Assembly (NCBI RefSeq): GCF_963921235.1
Contig: NC_086097.1
Coordinates: 160,768,001 to 160,832,000 of the forward strand
Reading direction: 5' to 3'
DNA from: Mobula hypostoma
Taxonomy: Eukaryota
DNA length: 64,000 nt
Positions 1-12,170 of this stretch are shown here, in pieces (position 1 is the first letter of the stretch; each line of letters begins with the position of its first letter). The translations under genes were made by a program, and so were the position numbers. The notes under the pieces were generated by a model. The model did not search any database. It was given only the letters and a program-made list of their open reading frames with translations, and was not told the DNA's origin.

Positions 1-985
1 CTATATCAGCACAGGGAATTAGAGGCATGGGAGGGGAGCTGGCCAACATTGATTGAAAGGGGACATGAGCAGAGGTGACAGCAGAACAGCAATCACTATG
101 GTTTTTGGAGGCAATTCAGAAGTCATCGGATAGATACATCCCAGAAATGAAGAAGTACTCTAAGTGGAGGATGAGGCATCCATACCTGACAAGGGAAGTC
201 AATGCAGCAGAGAAGTAAAGGAGAAGGCATAAATTAGGGGGAACTTTGAGGTTTGGGAAGCTTTTAAAAACCAACAGAATGCAACTAAAAAAGCCATAAG
301 GAGGGAAAGGAGGAAATATGAAGGTCAGGAAGCCAACAATATCAAGGAGGATATCAAAAGTTTTTTACAGATATAAAGAGTAAATCAGAGGCAAGAGTAG
401 ATATAGGACCAATAGAAAATGACACTGGTTTGGTAGTAATGGCAGACAAACTCAAGTATTTTGCGTCAGTCAAAAGATACTAGCAAAATGGCAAAAATAC
501 GAGAGTGTCAGGGGCAGAAGTGAGCGAGGTTACTATTACTAAGGAGCAGATGCTCGGGAGGCTGAAGGATCTGAAGGTAGATTAGTCACCTGGAGCACAT
601 GGACTAACTCCAGGGTTCTGAAAGGTAGTGGAAGAGACTGTGGAGTCATTAGTTATGCTCTTTCAAGAATCTCTAGATTCTGGAATGGTTCCAAAGGACT
701 GAAAAATTGCAAGTATCAATTGGTTGGGAAGATGTAAAAGCCTTATTATCAATGAGGTTCCAAGGTATTTAGAGACACATGATAAAGTAGGCCAAAATCA
801 GTATGGTTTCTTTAAGGAGGAACTTGCCTGACAAATTCTGAGGAAATAACAAGCGGATAGACGAAGAGTCAGTGGATGATGTTTACTTTTATTTTCAGAA
901 GGCCTTTGACAAGGTGCCGGACATGAAGCTGCTTAACAAGATAAGAGCCCATGGTGTTGTAGGAAAGATACTAGCATGGATAGAA

Positions 986-1123
986 CAAGAAAAAATCTGC
1001 AGATGCTGGAAATCCAAGCAACACACACAGTGCTGGATGAACTCAGCAGCATCTATGGAAAAGAATACAGTCGATGTTTTGGGCTAAGACCCTTCATCAG
1101 GACTAGAGAGAAAAAGATGAGTC
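986..1123 (-). mobile_element. Penelope-like terminal fragment inserted in CR1
   Basis: Same terminal sequence as the 13.5-14.0 kb element; flanked by 13-bp TSD agcatggatagaa (973-985) / agcattgatagaa (1124-1136). Confidence 0.7.
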
Positions 1124-1535
1124 AGCATTGATAGAAGATCGGCCTACTGGTGGGGAGGAAAGAGTGAGAATAAAGCAGGCCTTTTCTGCCACAGACTAGT
1201 GGTGTTCCACAGGGGTTGGTGTTGGGGCTGCTTCTTTTCACTCATGTCAATGACTTGATGTCAGAATTGAAGTTTTATGGCGAATTTTGAAGATTATACA
1301 AAGATATGTGGAGGGCAGATAGTATTGAGGAAGTAAGGAATCTGAAAAGGACTTGGATTGGGAGAATGGACAAAGAAGTGGCAGATGGAATGTAGTATAG
1401 AGGAAGTATACGGTCATGCACTTTAGTAGTAGGAATAAAGACATAGACCATTTTCTAAATGAGGAGAAAATTCAAAAATCAGCGATGTAGAGTCAGTGGT
1501 AAGGAAGGCAAATGCAATGTTAGCATTCAATCGAA

Positions 1536-1601
1536 TTACAACTACTACTGCTACTACTACTACGTCGACTCAGGCCTAGGGGGCCGGTATCGGGCACTAA
1601 G
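1536..1601 (-). mobile_element. Short 5'-truncated retroposon with (TAG)n tail
   Basis: Perfect 13-bp TSD gcattcaatcgaa at 1523-1535 and 1602-1614; (CTA)n tract on the + strand. Confidence 0.6.
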
Positions 1602-1728
1602 GCATTCAATCGAAAGTGTTAGAATATAAGTTGAAGGATGTAATGCAGAGGCTTTATAAAGCATTGGTCAGATCACACTTAGTGTATTATGAGCAGTTTT
1701 GGGCTCCTTATCTAAGAAAACATGCGCT

Positions 1729-1947
1729 TTTATATCTTACCCCCATACAAAACTCCCCGAACATACCATGGCAGCTAATATATTTACAATACAACACTTA
1801 ACACATACAAGTATGGACATTTCACAGCCATATGAAAGATATAAAAGGTATCTTTTATATAAGATATAAAAGCAAAATGGAGGAAAATGTAATGTATTAC
1901 GTATTCTGTATTGTGTCATTCCTTCAATAAAAATAAAATTTTAAAAA
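1729..1947 (+). mobile_element. Poly(A)-tailed retroposed fragment (L1-like 3' end)
   Basis: AATAAA plus A-rich tail; imperfect 15-bp TSD aagaaaacatgcgct (1714-1728) / aagaaaagatgtgct (1948-1962). Confidence 0.5.
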
Positions 1948-2469
1948 AAGAAAAGATGTGCTGGCATTGGAGAGGGTTTGGAGGAGATTCACAAGAATGA
2001 TTCCAGAAATGAAAAGGTTAACATTTGGTGTATTTAATAGCTCTAGGCCTGTACTCACTGGAGTTTGGAAGAATGGTGGGGGGGGGGGGGGAGGAAATCT
2101 CATTGAAACCTATCAAATATTGAAAAGCCTAGACAGAGTGGATGAGGAAAGGATGTTTCCTATAGTCAGTGAGGCTTGAATCAGCCGGCACAGCCTCAGA
2201 ATAGCGGTATCTCTATTCATAACAGAGATGAGGAATTTCTTTTGTCAGAGGGTAGTGAATTTGTGGAATTCATTGCTGTAGAGACGGAGTCATTGGGTAT
2301 ATTTAAAGCAGAGGTAAATAGGTTCTTGATTAGTCAGGGTGTCAAAGTTTAAGGGGTGAAGGGAGGAGAATGGTGTTGAGAGAGATAATAAATCAGCCTT
2401 AATGGAATGTTACAGCAGGCTTGATGGACCAAATAGCCTGTAATTCTGCTGCTGTGCCTTACGGTCTTG

Positions 2470-3600
2470 GGTTGGGTTTCACCTTGTAGGAAGTAATGAC
2501 CTGCAAACCCTGCCACAGCTGATGTGTATGTGATTCCATCTGAAACGTCAAGTGGATATTGTTCTTTCACTCTTAAAGCCTTCCTTAGGTCATACATGGA
2601 TTTTTTGTATAGTTCTGGACCACTGTTCTTGAATGTCACAAGTCTAGCCTTCAGCAGACAACAAATATCCTGGTTCATCCACAGTTTTTGGTTTGAATAC
2701 ACCTGGTTTGTTCTCAAAGGCGCACACTCATCTGCATAGGTCTATATGAAGTCGGGGACAATTGTGGAGTATTCATTCAGATTCAAAGATGAATCCCTGA
2801 ATATTGTCCAGTCCACCAACTCAGAGCAGTCCTATAAGCTTTCGTCTGCCTCCCTTGACCATACCCCAGCACTGGTGCTGTAGTTATTAGTCTCTGCCTA
2901 TATGCCAGGAGTAGAAGTATAGCCAGGTGATAGAACTTTCCAGAGTGCAGGTGTGGGATGACAAAGTAAACGTTCTTGATGGTGATTTAACAGTGGTCAA
3001 GTGTGTTGATTCTCTGGTTGCACAGGTGATATGTTGGTTGTAGTTGTTCAGAGACTCCTTCAAGCTGGCCTGGTTGAAATCCCTTGTAATGGTAGGGAAC
3101 ACCTCTGATTGCATTGTTTTGTGACTGCTGATCATGGTGTTTTGCTCCTGCCTGTCATTGGCCAGAGGTGGATTGTACAACATTACCAGAATGGCAGCAG
3201 AAAACTCCCTGAGCAGATAAAATGGACACTTGCCAAATGTTCCAGGTCAGGTGAGCAGGATTGAGCCAGAGATGCCATGCCTTTGCAGCATGGTGACTTA
3301 GCTTTATGATTAACTCTATCTCCTCTACTTTTAAAAGTATTAGTTGTTCTGTCATTGTGGAGAATGGTGAAGCCATCAGATTGCAGTGCTGCATCCAAAA
3401 TGGTGGGGGTGAAGCAAAATACACAGTAGTCCCTGATGTTTCCCTGGTACTGCAATCTTGCTCTGGGGTCTTCAGTTTTATTTTCCAGAGACTGTACATT
3501 TGCCAACAGGATAGCTGGAAGCCGGGGTCTAAGGCCTTTACGTTCCAAACATACCTGCAGACCTGCTCATCTTTTGGCACTTCAGTTTAATTAAAGGGAA
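2470..3600 (-). mobile_element. Rex1/Babar-like LINE, endonuclease region, decayed
   Basis: Peptides LPAILLANVQSLENK..RDYCVFCFT, DFNQASLK and NQKLWMNQ (APE endonuclease and linker). Confidence 0.7.
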
Positions 3601-5009
3601 AATGCAATCAGGAATCTGCTGAGTTTAAGTAAATATAGATTTTTTAACATCTTAAGACTATTTTGCTTACTGAAGTTCCCATGGCTGTGACTGTGGATTT
3701 CAATTGTAGTTGTCCTAAAATGATATATTTGATGTTCCCCGTCAGAGCTGCATGAAAAAGTCACCATTTATCGTCACCATCTTATCGCTTGATGACATTT
3801 TATGAAGTCTAGTAAAAGTTGATGGTGCTTGGTCCAGTGAATTAAAAATAAGCAGCATTTTGGTGGGAAAAACAAGGCTAGACAAGCCTGCTTACCCTCA
3901 CCACTGCAAGCAGCAACCTGCATATTTCTAGCAGTTTTCCAAGTGTCATACCTCAAGGTCATAAATCTGTATTCGTTCAGCAGAGCGGTGTACTTTTTTG
4001 ACTAGAATAGCAACTTTCAGAAGAACAGCCCCTTCCATGCAGCACAGCAGCTGAAAGAAACAAATGACAGTGTCGTTGTATGGAATGACTTCTGTTCACC
4101 CCAGCCATGTACTGTATATTCATCTCCAGAAGAGATTTTTCCCTTTACTAAAGCATCCAAATGAAAGTTCTACTAGAGCATTATGGTTGAAAACGTAATG
4201 TGTTCCTTGGGAATAAATGTGAACCAAATTTACTTCCTCTTGTATATTTATTTTCTGTCATCATTATGACTGTATTTATGATCAGTTTTGTTTTAAAAAC
4301 AATGATATGAGCAATAAATGTCCTAGTTCCTCCGGTAAAAGTGTAATTTGAGTCAATCAGATTGGTGGATCTAAAGGCCAGATCAGATAAGGATGGCAGA
4401 CTTCTTTCCTTAAAACAGAGGGAATTTAGGACTCTGTTAGTTTCTTCATCTTTTCTGATAGTATCTTAATATTTCTAAATTTGCATTTGCGAATTCAAAT
4501 TTCCTACTGTTATGGGAATGTCTCGGGATCAGAAGAGTATGTGCATTTGGATAATAATCTAATACCTTTACCTCTGATATTATACCAGTAATGGACTGGT
4601 AAATATTTTGCGTAAGCCAAGCCATAAAAACTAAAGTAGATGGGTAAAGTCATCTCATCCGGCTCTGGCAGCCCAGGCTGTTGAGAGAAATGAGAATACA
4701 GTTGATATGCATACAAACTTGGATAAAGTACCACAGATTTGGCTGCTGGAAAAATTGAAGGCTGTGAAATAATATGTGGCATTGACAGCAGTATAAAATT
4801 ATATGATGGATGGAAATCCTTTGTGGGGGAAGACGGGACGGTTTTTCTATCAAATGGGAGGCAGACAGTTCCCCAAATTGTAGCTGAAATCGCTGCTTTC
4901 TTTTTTGTTTATTGTCAGTGTCATAGATTGTGATGTACAAGGCACAGTTTCAGAATTTGATTATGACAGAAACTTGGGAGAGAAATGATTACTTAGAATG
5001 GTAATATAC

Positions 5010-5580
5010 TTAAGTTCAAAATAAATTTATTATCAAAGTACATATGTCAACATATACAACCCTGACATTCATTTTCTTGAGGACAATTGCAACAAGTACA
5101 AGAAACACAATAGAATCAATGCAAGACCGCACCCAGTAGGAAAACAACAACCGCTAAGGGAACAAAAATCAACAAACTGCGAGTACAGAAAGAAAGAGGG
5201 GGAAAGGGAAGAAATAATTAAAAATAAATAAGCTTTAATATTGTGGCTATGAGATGAAAGTCCTTGAAGGTGAGTCCGAGGTTGTGGGAACAGTTTAATG
5301 ATGGGGTGAATGAAGTTCAGTGAAGTTATCCCCTTTGGTTTAAGAGCTTGATTGTTGAGGGGTAATAAATATTCCTCAACCTGATGGTAAGGGTCCTGAT
5401 GCCCCTGTATCAACTAACTGATAGCAGCAGCAAGAAGAGAGTATGGCCTGGATATTGGGGGGTCCTTGATGATGGATGCTGCTTTCCTATGACATTGCTC
5501 CATATCGAGGTGCTCAATTCTGAGGAGGGCTTTACTCGTGTTAGACTAGGCTGTATCTACTACCTTCTTGTAGGCTTCAA
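5010..5580 (-). mobile_element. Rex1/Babar-like LINE 3' fragment
   Basis: Similar to the 3' ends of the copies at 58-59 kb and 23.4-23.9 kb. Confidence 0.55.
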
Positions 5581-5835
5581 GAGGATATGGGTTTGTTTTA
5601 ATGGGCAGATAATCACAGGTGAAATACAATGCAGCTAATATGTCAGTCATAAAGTTTTCTAATTTTCTAATCATTAGATGGAAATTTGGCCATTGTTATT
5701 ACACATTTTAGGCATTACAGGGTTTGGAGTGAGTGATAAAGTTTTTTCCTTTCCCGGAATAAAGGATTGCAGCTAAGTAGCTAATCTGTATCAATTTGGG
5801 TGGCTCTCAAAGTAGAGAAGTTTGAGAAGTGATTT

Positions 5836-8670
5836 AGACCATAAGACATAGGAGCAGAATTAGGCCATTTAGCCCACTGAGTCTGCTCCGCTGTACCATC
5901 ATGGCTGATCCTAGATCCCGCACAACCCCATCCACCTTTGTTCTCGCCATATCATTTGATTCCCTGACCAATCAGGAAGCCATTAACTTCCGCCTTAAAT
6001 ATACCGCACTCTGTGGCAGAGCTTTCCACAGATTTACTACTCTCTGGCTAAAAAAAAAATTCTCCTTACCTCTATTTTAAAAGATCGTCCCTCAATTTGG
6101 AGGCCGTGCCCTCTAGTTCTGGATACCCCCAACATAGGTAACATCTCTCCACATCCACCTAATTTAGTCATTCTAATATGCCCACACATTCTTCTAAATT
6201 ACAGTGAGTAAAGGCTCAAAGCTGCCAAAAGCTCTTCATATGTTATCCCTTCATCCCCAGACTCATCCTCATGAACCTCCTCTGGACTCTGTCCAATGAC
6301 AACACATCCTTTTTGAGATATGGGGCCCAAAACTGATGACAATACTCCAAGTGCAGCATGTCTGGTGTCTTATAAAGCCTCAGCATTATCTTGTTTTTAT
6401 ACTCTATCCCCGTTGAAATAAATGCCAACATTGCATTTGCCTTCTTTACTACAGACTTAACCAATAAATTAACCTTCTGGGAATCCTGCAGAAGGACTCC
6501 CAAGTCCCTCTGGACCTTTGATATTTGAATTTTCTCTCCATTTAGATAGTCCACACTATTGTTCCTTTTACCAAAATGCATTATCATACATTTCTCAACA
6601 CTGTATTCCATCTGCCACTTTTTTGCCCATCCTTCCAATTTGTCTAAGTCCTGCTGCAATATCATTGATTCCTCAGCACTTCCTACCCCTCCACCTATCT
6701 TCATATCATCTGCAAACTTTGCCACAAAGGCATCAATTCCATTATCTAAATTATTGACAAACAATGTGAAAAGTAGTGCCAAAACTGACCCCTGAGAAAC
6801 ACCACTGACCCCCAATCAGAAAAAGCCCCTTTTATTCCCACTCACTGTCTCCTGTCTGTCAGCCATATAATGCCATAGGATTTTACCTTGTTAAGCAGCA
6901 TAGGATTTTATCAAAATGCCTTCTGAAAATCCAGTTGCATCCACTGCCTCTCCTTTGTCCACCTTGGTTGTTTCCTCCTTGAAGAACCGTAACAGATTTG
7001 TCAGGCATGATTTCCCTTTACAGAAACCATGCTGACTTTTGACTTATTTTGTCATTAGTCTCCAAGTACCTCAAAATCCATCCTTAATAATAGACTCCAA
7101 CACTTTCCCACCCAATGAGATCAAGCTAACTGGCCTATAATTTTCTTTCTTTTGCCTTCCTCCCTTCTTAAAGAGTGGAGTAACATTTGCAATTTTTCAG
7201 TCCTCCGGGACAAGGCCAGAATTAAGTGGTTCTTGAAAGATCATGACCAATGCATCTGTTATCTCTTCGGCAACCTCTGTCAGGACTCTGGGATATAGTC
7301 CATCTGGTCCAGGTGACTTATCCACCTTAAGACCTTTGATTTTCCTAGTAATTTTTCCTTTGTAATAGCAATGGCACTTACGGACCTCTAGCGCACCGCT
7401 AGTGTCTTCCACAATGAAAACTGATGCAAAGCACTCATTAAGTTCATCTGCCATTTCTTAGACCCGCAATACTACCTCACCAGCTTCATGTTCCAGTGGT
7501 CCAATATAAACTCTCACCTCCCTTTTAAAGCTTCCAAATCATCTGACTTCCTACTCACTTTTGCTACCTTATATGGCCTTTCCTTGGGTTTTATGCAGTC
7601 CTTGACTTCCCTTGTCAGTCACTGTTGCCTACCCCTGTCATTTGAGAACAACTTCTTCTGTGGGACATATCTATCTTGCACCTTGTGAACTGTTCCTAGA
7701 AACTTAAGCCATTTCTACTCTGCCATCCAGTATCCTCCTTCAGTTCACCTGGGCAAGCTCTTCTCTCATGCCTCTGTAATTCCCTTTATTCCATTCTGGT
7801 ACTGATATATGTGACGTGCTTCTCTCTCTCAAATTGCAGTATAAATTCAATCATATTATGATCACTGTTCCCCTAAGGGTTCCTTTACATTAAGCTCCCT
7901 AATATGATCTGGATTATTACACAACACCCAGTCGAAGATGGCCTTTCTCCTAGTAGGTTCAAGCACAAGCTGCTCTAGAAAGCCATCTCGTAGGCATTCA
8001 CCAAATTCCCTCTCTTGCGATCTGACACCAACCTGATTTTCGTATTCCCCTTGCATATTGAAGACCCCATTACAATTGTGATGTTACCCTTATTACACAC
8101 CTTTTCCAGCTCACTTTGCAATCTCAACCCCACATTTGGAGGCCTATATATGATTCCCACATTTGGAGGCCTATATATGATTCCCACAATGTTTTTTTTT
8201 ACCCTTGCAGTTTCTTAACTCCACCCACAAAGATTTGACATTTTCTGGACCCTATGTCATCTCTGTTTGAAGATGTAATTCCATCTCTTGCTTAACAGAG
8301 CCACACTACCACCTATGCCTTCCTGTCTGTCCTTTAAAATGCAAATTATATCCTTTGATGTTAAGCTCCCAATTACGGCCTTCTTTCAGCCACGACTCAG
8401 TGATGCCCACAACATCATACCAGCCAAACTCTACTTGCGCCATGAGTTTGTCCACCTTATTCAGAATGCTACATGCATTGACCTTCAGTCCTGCATTCTT
8501 CGCCCTTTTGAATTTTGCCGCTGTGGTACGATTTAACTCTTTGCTCTATCTGCATTTGTACTCAATCATTGGCTTGTCCTCCTTACATTCATGTTATACC
8601 TATCATCTACTTGTAAACTTGCTGGCTCATTCTCAACTCCATCATCCTGGTACTCATCCCCCTGCCATAT
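5836..8670 (-). mobile_element. CR1-clade LINE, endonuclease through RT to 3' tail, decayed
   Basis: ORF 6243-6815 GVSQGSVLALLFTLFVNNLD..AKFADDMKIGG; KSPGPDGLYPRVL; GIIYRPPN; tail gaccataagacatagg. Confidence 0.9.
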
Positions 8671-9854
8671 TGGTTATCTTAAAATCATGAAGGATTTGTC
8701 GTAGAAAAATTGCTTTCAGTGGCAAAAAGAATAGATACCCAGTGACAAAAGAGTAATTGTGATAGTTAATAAAACCTGAATGGTCACTGGGAAAAAATCT
8801 GAGTAATGCGAATGCAGTTAGTAATAGCTCTCAGAGAAGAATTGGCATTGTATTTGAAGGAAGTTACAGGGATGTGGAATTAAAGAAGTAAGAAAATAAA
8901 ACTGGCAGAAACTCAATGGATGGAATGGCTTCCGTCAGTGCCCTGTGGTTCAACTTTAAAATGGAGCATTTATTGGAAGGAAGTTGAATGAAAACTGTAT
9001 TGCTGAGGCATGTTACAGTTCTTTTGTGGTGATCCAGGTTGTTCATACAACTTTTGTTTTTGAAACAGTGATTTGTTTTTATTTTCACTTTATCTCACTT
9101 GTGCTATACAGTATTGAAAAATAGTATGGATGGCAATATAAAGTTTGCATCACTTTCTACATAAGAATTATTCAGGTATTTTAAATCATACTGAATGAGT
9201 AATCTATGAAATTTATGTATGTAGTAACTCAGTCAAAGCTGCCTTATCATCCCCTCAGTGAAGAGTAATTACTGTAATATTATTTTGAAACTTTGATTTG
9301 GCAGTACTCAAAAGATTTGGATCCATGTTTATGTTCTGAGTCTGAAGAAGCTTTGTTCTTGAAGGTTTTATCCTATTATTACCAAGCATATGAGTCAGAA
9401 TTTTAATTAAAAAACTAGCAAGTTTTTAATTTTAAAGTCTATTCATATCTTAGTCATCCATTGTAGTCGAGCTAATAAATATCAAGACTGAATACATGAG
9501 GCTGTGTTCATATAGCCTAGCAGAAAGGTGCAAGAAGTGTAAGATCGTTAGCTTTATTAGTAGAAAAACATGAATTGCAAAAAGAAAGGTGTTAGTTTAG
9601 CAGACATGTATTATAACTGAGGGGTCAGCACTGATATTTCGTACATCACACTGTTTATTTTGAATACTGCAGAGTTAGAGTATTTTGAAAACAATAAATA
9701 TTAGTCATATGACATTTCACATGTAGCTTGTCAGTAAATAAGGCAGATACGTTTACTGGTCAGTGATCAAATGGCGAAATGAGACTAAAGCTATCAATTT
9801 TGCTCTTCTACAGGAGTATCATTCAGACAATATTGTATTTCAGCATTTTTAGAA

Positions 9855-9965
9855 ATGCAGTTCTCAAATACCTATCTCTTTTTTTCAGTGGTTCAACAGC
9901 TCCTTTCGGCACACTTTTATGGAGTTTGTGAGAAACAGCAGTGGCTATTGTCCAGCACAACATAA
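9855..9965 (+). CDS. Candidate upstream ORF (36 aa) overlapping the conserved uORF in another frame
   Basis: ATG 9855 to TAA 9963-9965, MQFSNTYLFFSVVQQLLSAHFYGVCEKQQWLLSSTT; exonic only if the acceptor at 9812-9813 is used. Confidence 0.4.
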   Translation: MQFSNTYLFFSVVQQLLSAHFYGVCEKQQWLLSSTT

Positions 9966-9984
9966 CATCTTTGCAGACAAGTAA
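9919..9984 (+). CDS. Peptide uORF (21 aa) in the PTP4A 5' leader, like the PRL Mg2+-sensitive uORF
   Basis: ATG GAG..GAC AAG TAA = MEFVRNSSGYCPAQHNIFADK; the C-x-AQH-x-IFADK end matches my recollection of the mammalian PTP4A1/2 uORF peptide; lies downstream of both candidate splice acceptors. Confidence 0.75.
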   Translation: MEFVRNSSGYCPAQHNIFADK

Positions 9985-10327
9985 ACCTAAGGAGGAACCT
10001 GCCAGCTAACAAATTTGAGTGAAAAGTATCCAAGTGATAACAGACTTGGCCTGTTTGGTATCTCCAGTTGTATTCTTATTGCTTTGCAATGTATCTCCAA
10101 ATGGGGTGACTGAACTGTTGAATGTAGATGCATTTATAGTTTAAAGGAGAGCGTAGAGGAAGAAGCAGAGACCAATTTTATGAACAATTTAAAGAAGAAT
10201 ATTTCATTCGCTTGCTGCAATAAGAAACCTACAATCCTATGAAGACAGTACACATAAATTAGTTTGGAGATATTCTGATCATTTACAGCCACTACTAACC
10301 ACCTTCTGTGCCACTGGTTCCATCCCC

Positions 10328-10432
10328 ATGGCCCGCATGAATCGCCCTGCTCCTGTGGAAGTTTCTTACAAACACATGAGATTTCTCATCACCCACAATC
10401 CTACAAATGCTACATTGGGCGTATTTATAGAG
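10328..10432 (+). CDS. PTP4A3: PRL/PTP4A protein tyrosine phosphatase type IVA, coding exon 1 (aa 1-35)
   Basis: [35 protein letters not shown] then donor GTGAGT; family certain, paralogue assignment uncertain. Confidence 0.95.
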
Positions 10433-12077
10433 GTGAGTCTTGAAAACTAAACATAATGTTTGCAGTTTAGTGTTTGAGTGGTTACCTAGTGGATGTTCAA
10501 ACTGAATCTAAATGTGATTGGCAAACAAACCTTCTACTCTGATAGATGTTGATGCCTGATGTTTTTGATTTGAGATATCCAACTGTTAACATTTGTGAAG
10601 AAGTTTGCATGATATAAGATCCTAAGCATTAATGGTAAAGAAAGTGATGAATATTCATAGGAAGACTGAATTTTTAATTATTAATAAATTACATTAATGA
10701 AATAGACTGATCCAAATGGTCTAGATTATTTCTTTCTCATTTTTATCTGGTTCAATTTTTCAATAATTTATCAAGCCTCAAATCCTAATTTAAGCTCTAC
10801 CCTAGGCATTTAACATAATTCCACGATTTCATAACTCGTGTGCTATATATCTGCAAAGGAAAAGGCTGCTGCTGCTCTTAGTTCTCAATTTTTTTTTATT
10901 TCTGAAAGGGAAATTTCAGGTTTAATAATTCTTTGAACTGATTTCCAGACAGATTTAGTTTAGAATTAGAAATTTTGGAATTAAAGCCATCTGCTATATT
11001 AGTTGACTTACGCTTGCTTAGACTTTACAGAAGATTTTAATGGATAGAAAGGGATAGAGAAGTTGTTAGTTTTATAACTTATTCTGTTTGTGCATAATTT
11101 TATAACTCCTTTTTGCCTTTCCATTGCCAAGACAATCAGAAATTTGATCTACTTAGATGTTGCCTATAATAGAGCAGGTCAGAGATTGAGTATTTTGTAG
11201 TAGTAATTTTCCAATTAAGAAACTCTGAAAACATGATTTTTCTTTTTTTTATTATTGATCTCTTTTCATTGCTGATTTTGCGATTACATGGATCATGTTG
11301 GATACGGAATTTTTATTTCAAGTTGAACAATTTCAAGATTGATTAAATCTAAGGAAGAGAAGCTGAGATATCTGACCAAATTCTGAAACCTAATTTATTC
11401 ACAGCTAGTTGAAAGCATGGATGCCATTGTTGATGAGGAAGTTAAAAGCTGGAGGCCAGAACTGCAGATGGTGTTTGGAAGCTAGGAGCCCTGTAGATGA
11501 AAAACGAGCAGATATTTGAAATGAGGTCCAATTCATGGAAGTTGTATTATCAAAGGACAAACAGGAGAACAATGGAATAGTCAATTATCTGTCAGAAACT
11601 AGTGGGTGCCAATCTGGGTAGAAGAGTTCAAATCAGGGTATTTGAGCAACCAACCATGAGTGGGCTTGTTTGTGGTTAGTTTTTTTTTCAGTTGTTCGTA
11701 GACATTTGCAAAGCATGTACAGGCCAAAAGGTTGATTGGCCCTTGTGGGTCCTTTTAATTCTTGCTGTAAATCAGGAATGCTTTATCAACTTCAAAAATA
11801 AATAAAACATGTTCTTATTTAAGCTACTATCATGCAACAGCAATGGCCAAATTAAGAGCTTACAGATTTCATAGACCCTGACTTCCTGGGAGAGTATCTA
11901 TTTCATCTGAGGCCATCAAGCTTATAAGAAAATCCAAAGCCACAAAGATCTCAGCTTCAGTTCCATTTGAACCTAAGATCATAAATAGGAATACAATGTA
12001 GATTCCATTCATCACCCAGAATGTTTTATCAGTTATAATTCTTAAATAGTGAGTTGCTTATATTTTTCCTTCCTTAG

Positions 12078-12170
12078 GAGCTACGGAAATATGGTGTAAC
12101 CACGCTTGTGAGAGTATGTGATACCACATATGATAAGAGGCCACTGGAGAGTGAGGGCATTGTAGTAATA
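12078..12170 (+). CDS. PTP4A3: PTP4A coding exon 2 (aa 36-66)
   Basis: Acceptor ttccttcctt[33 protein letters not shown] (redox Cys49); donor GTAAGT; 93 nt. Confidence 0.95.

Larger units (their letters stand above)
1..2465 (+). mobile_element. Decayed CR1-clade LINE, ORF2 (RT) to 3' end, with three nested insertions
   Basis: Frameshifted RT peptides VYFYFQKAFDKVP, LYKALVRSHLVY..QFWAPYL and LALERVWRRFTRMIP; 3' end ...ccttacggtctt. Confidence 0.85.

Noticed and set aside
6243..6815. 190-aa RT ORF as an active or domesticated reverse transcriptase
   Set aside because: It is flanked by frameshifts, stops and deletions in an ordinary CR1 copy.
1..9813. PTP4A promoter or first non-coding exon
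   Set aside because: No CpG island or clear exon is visible; the leader begins at a splice acceptor, so exon 1 probably lies upstream of the window.
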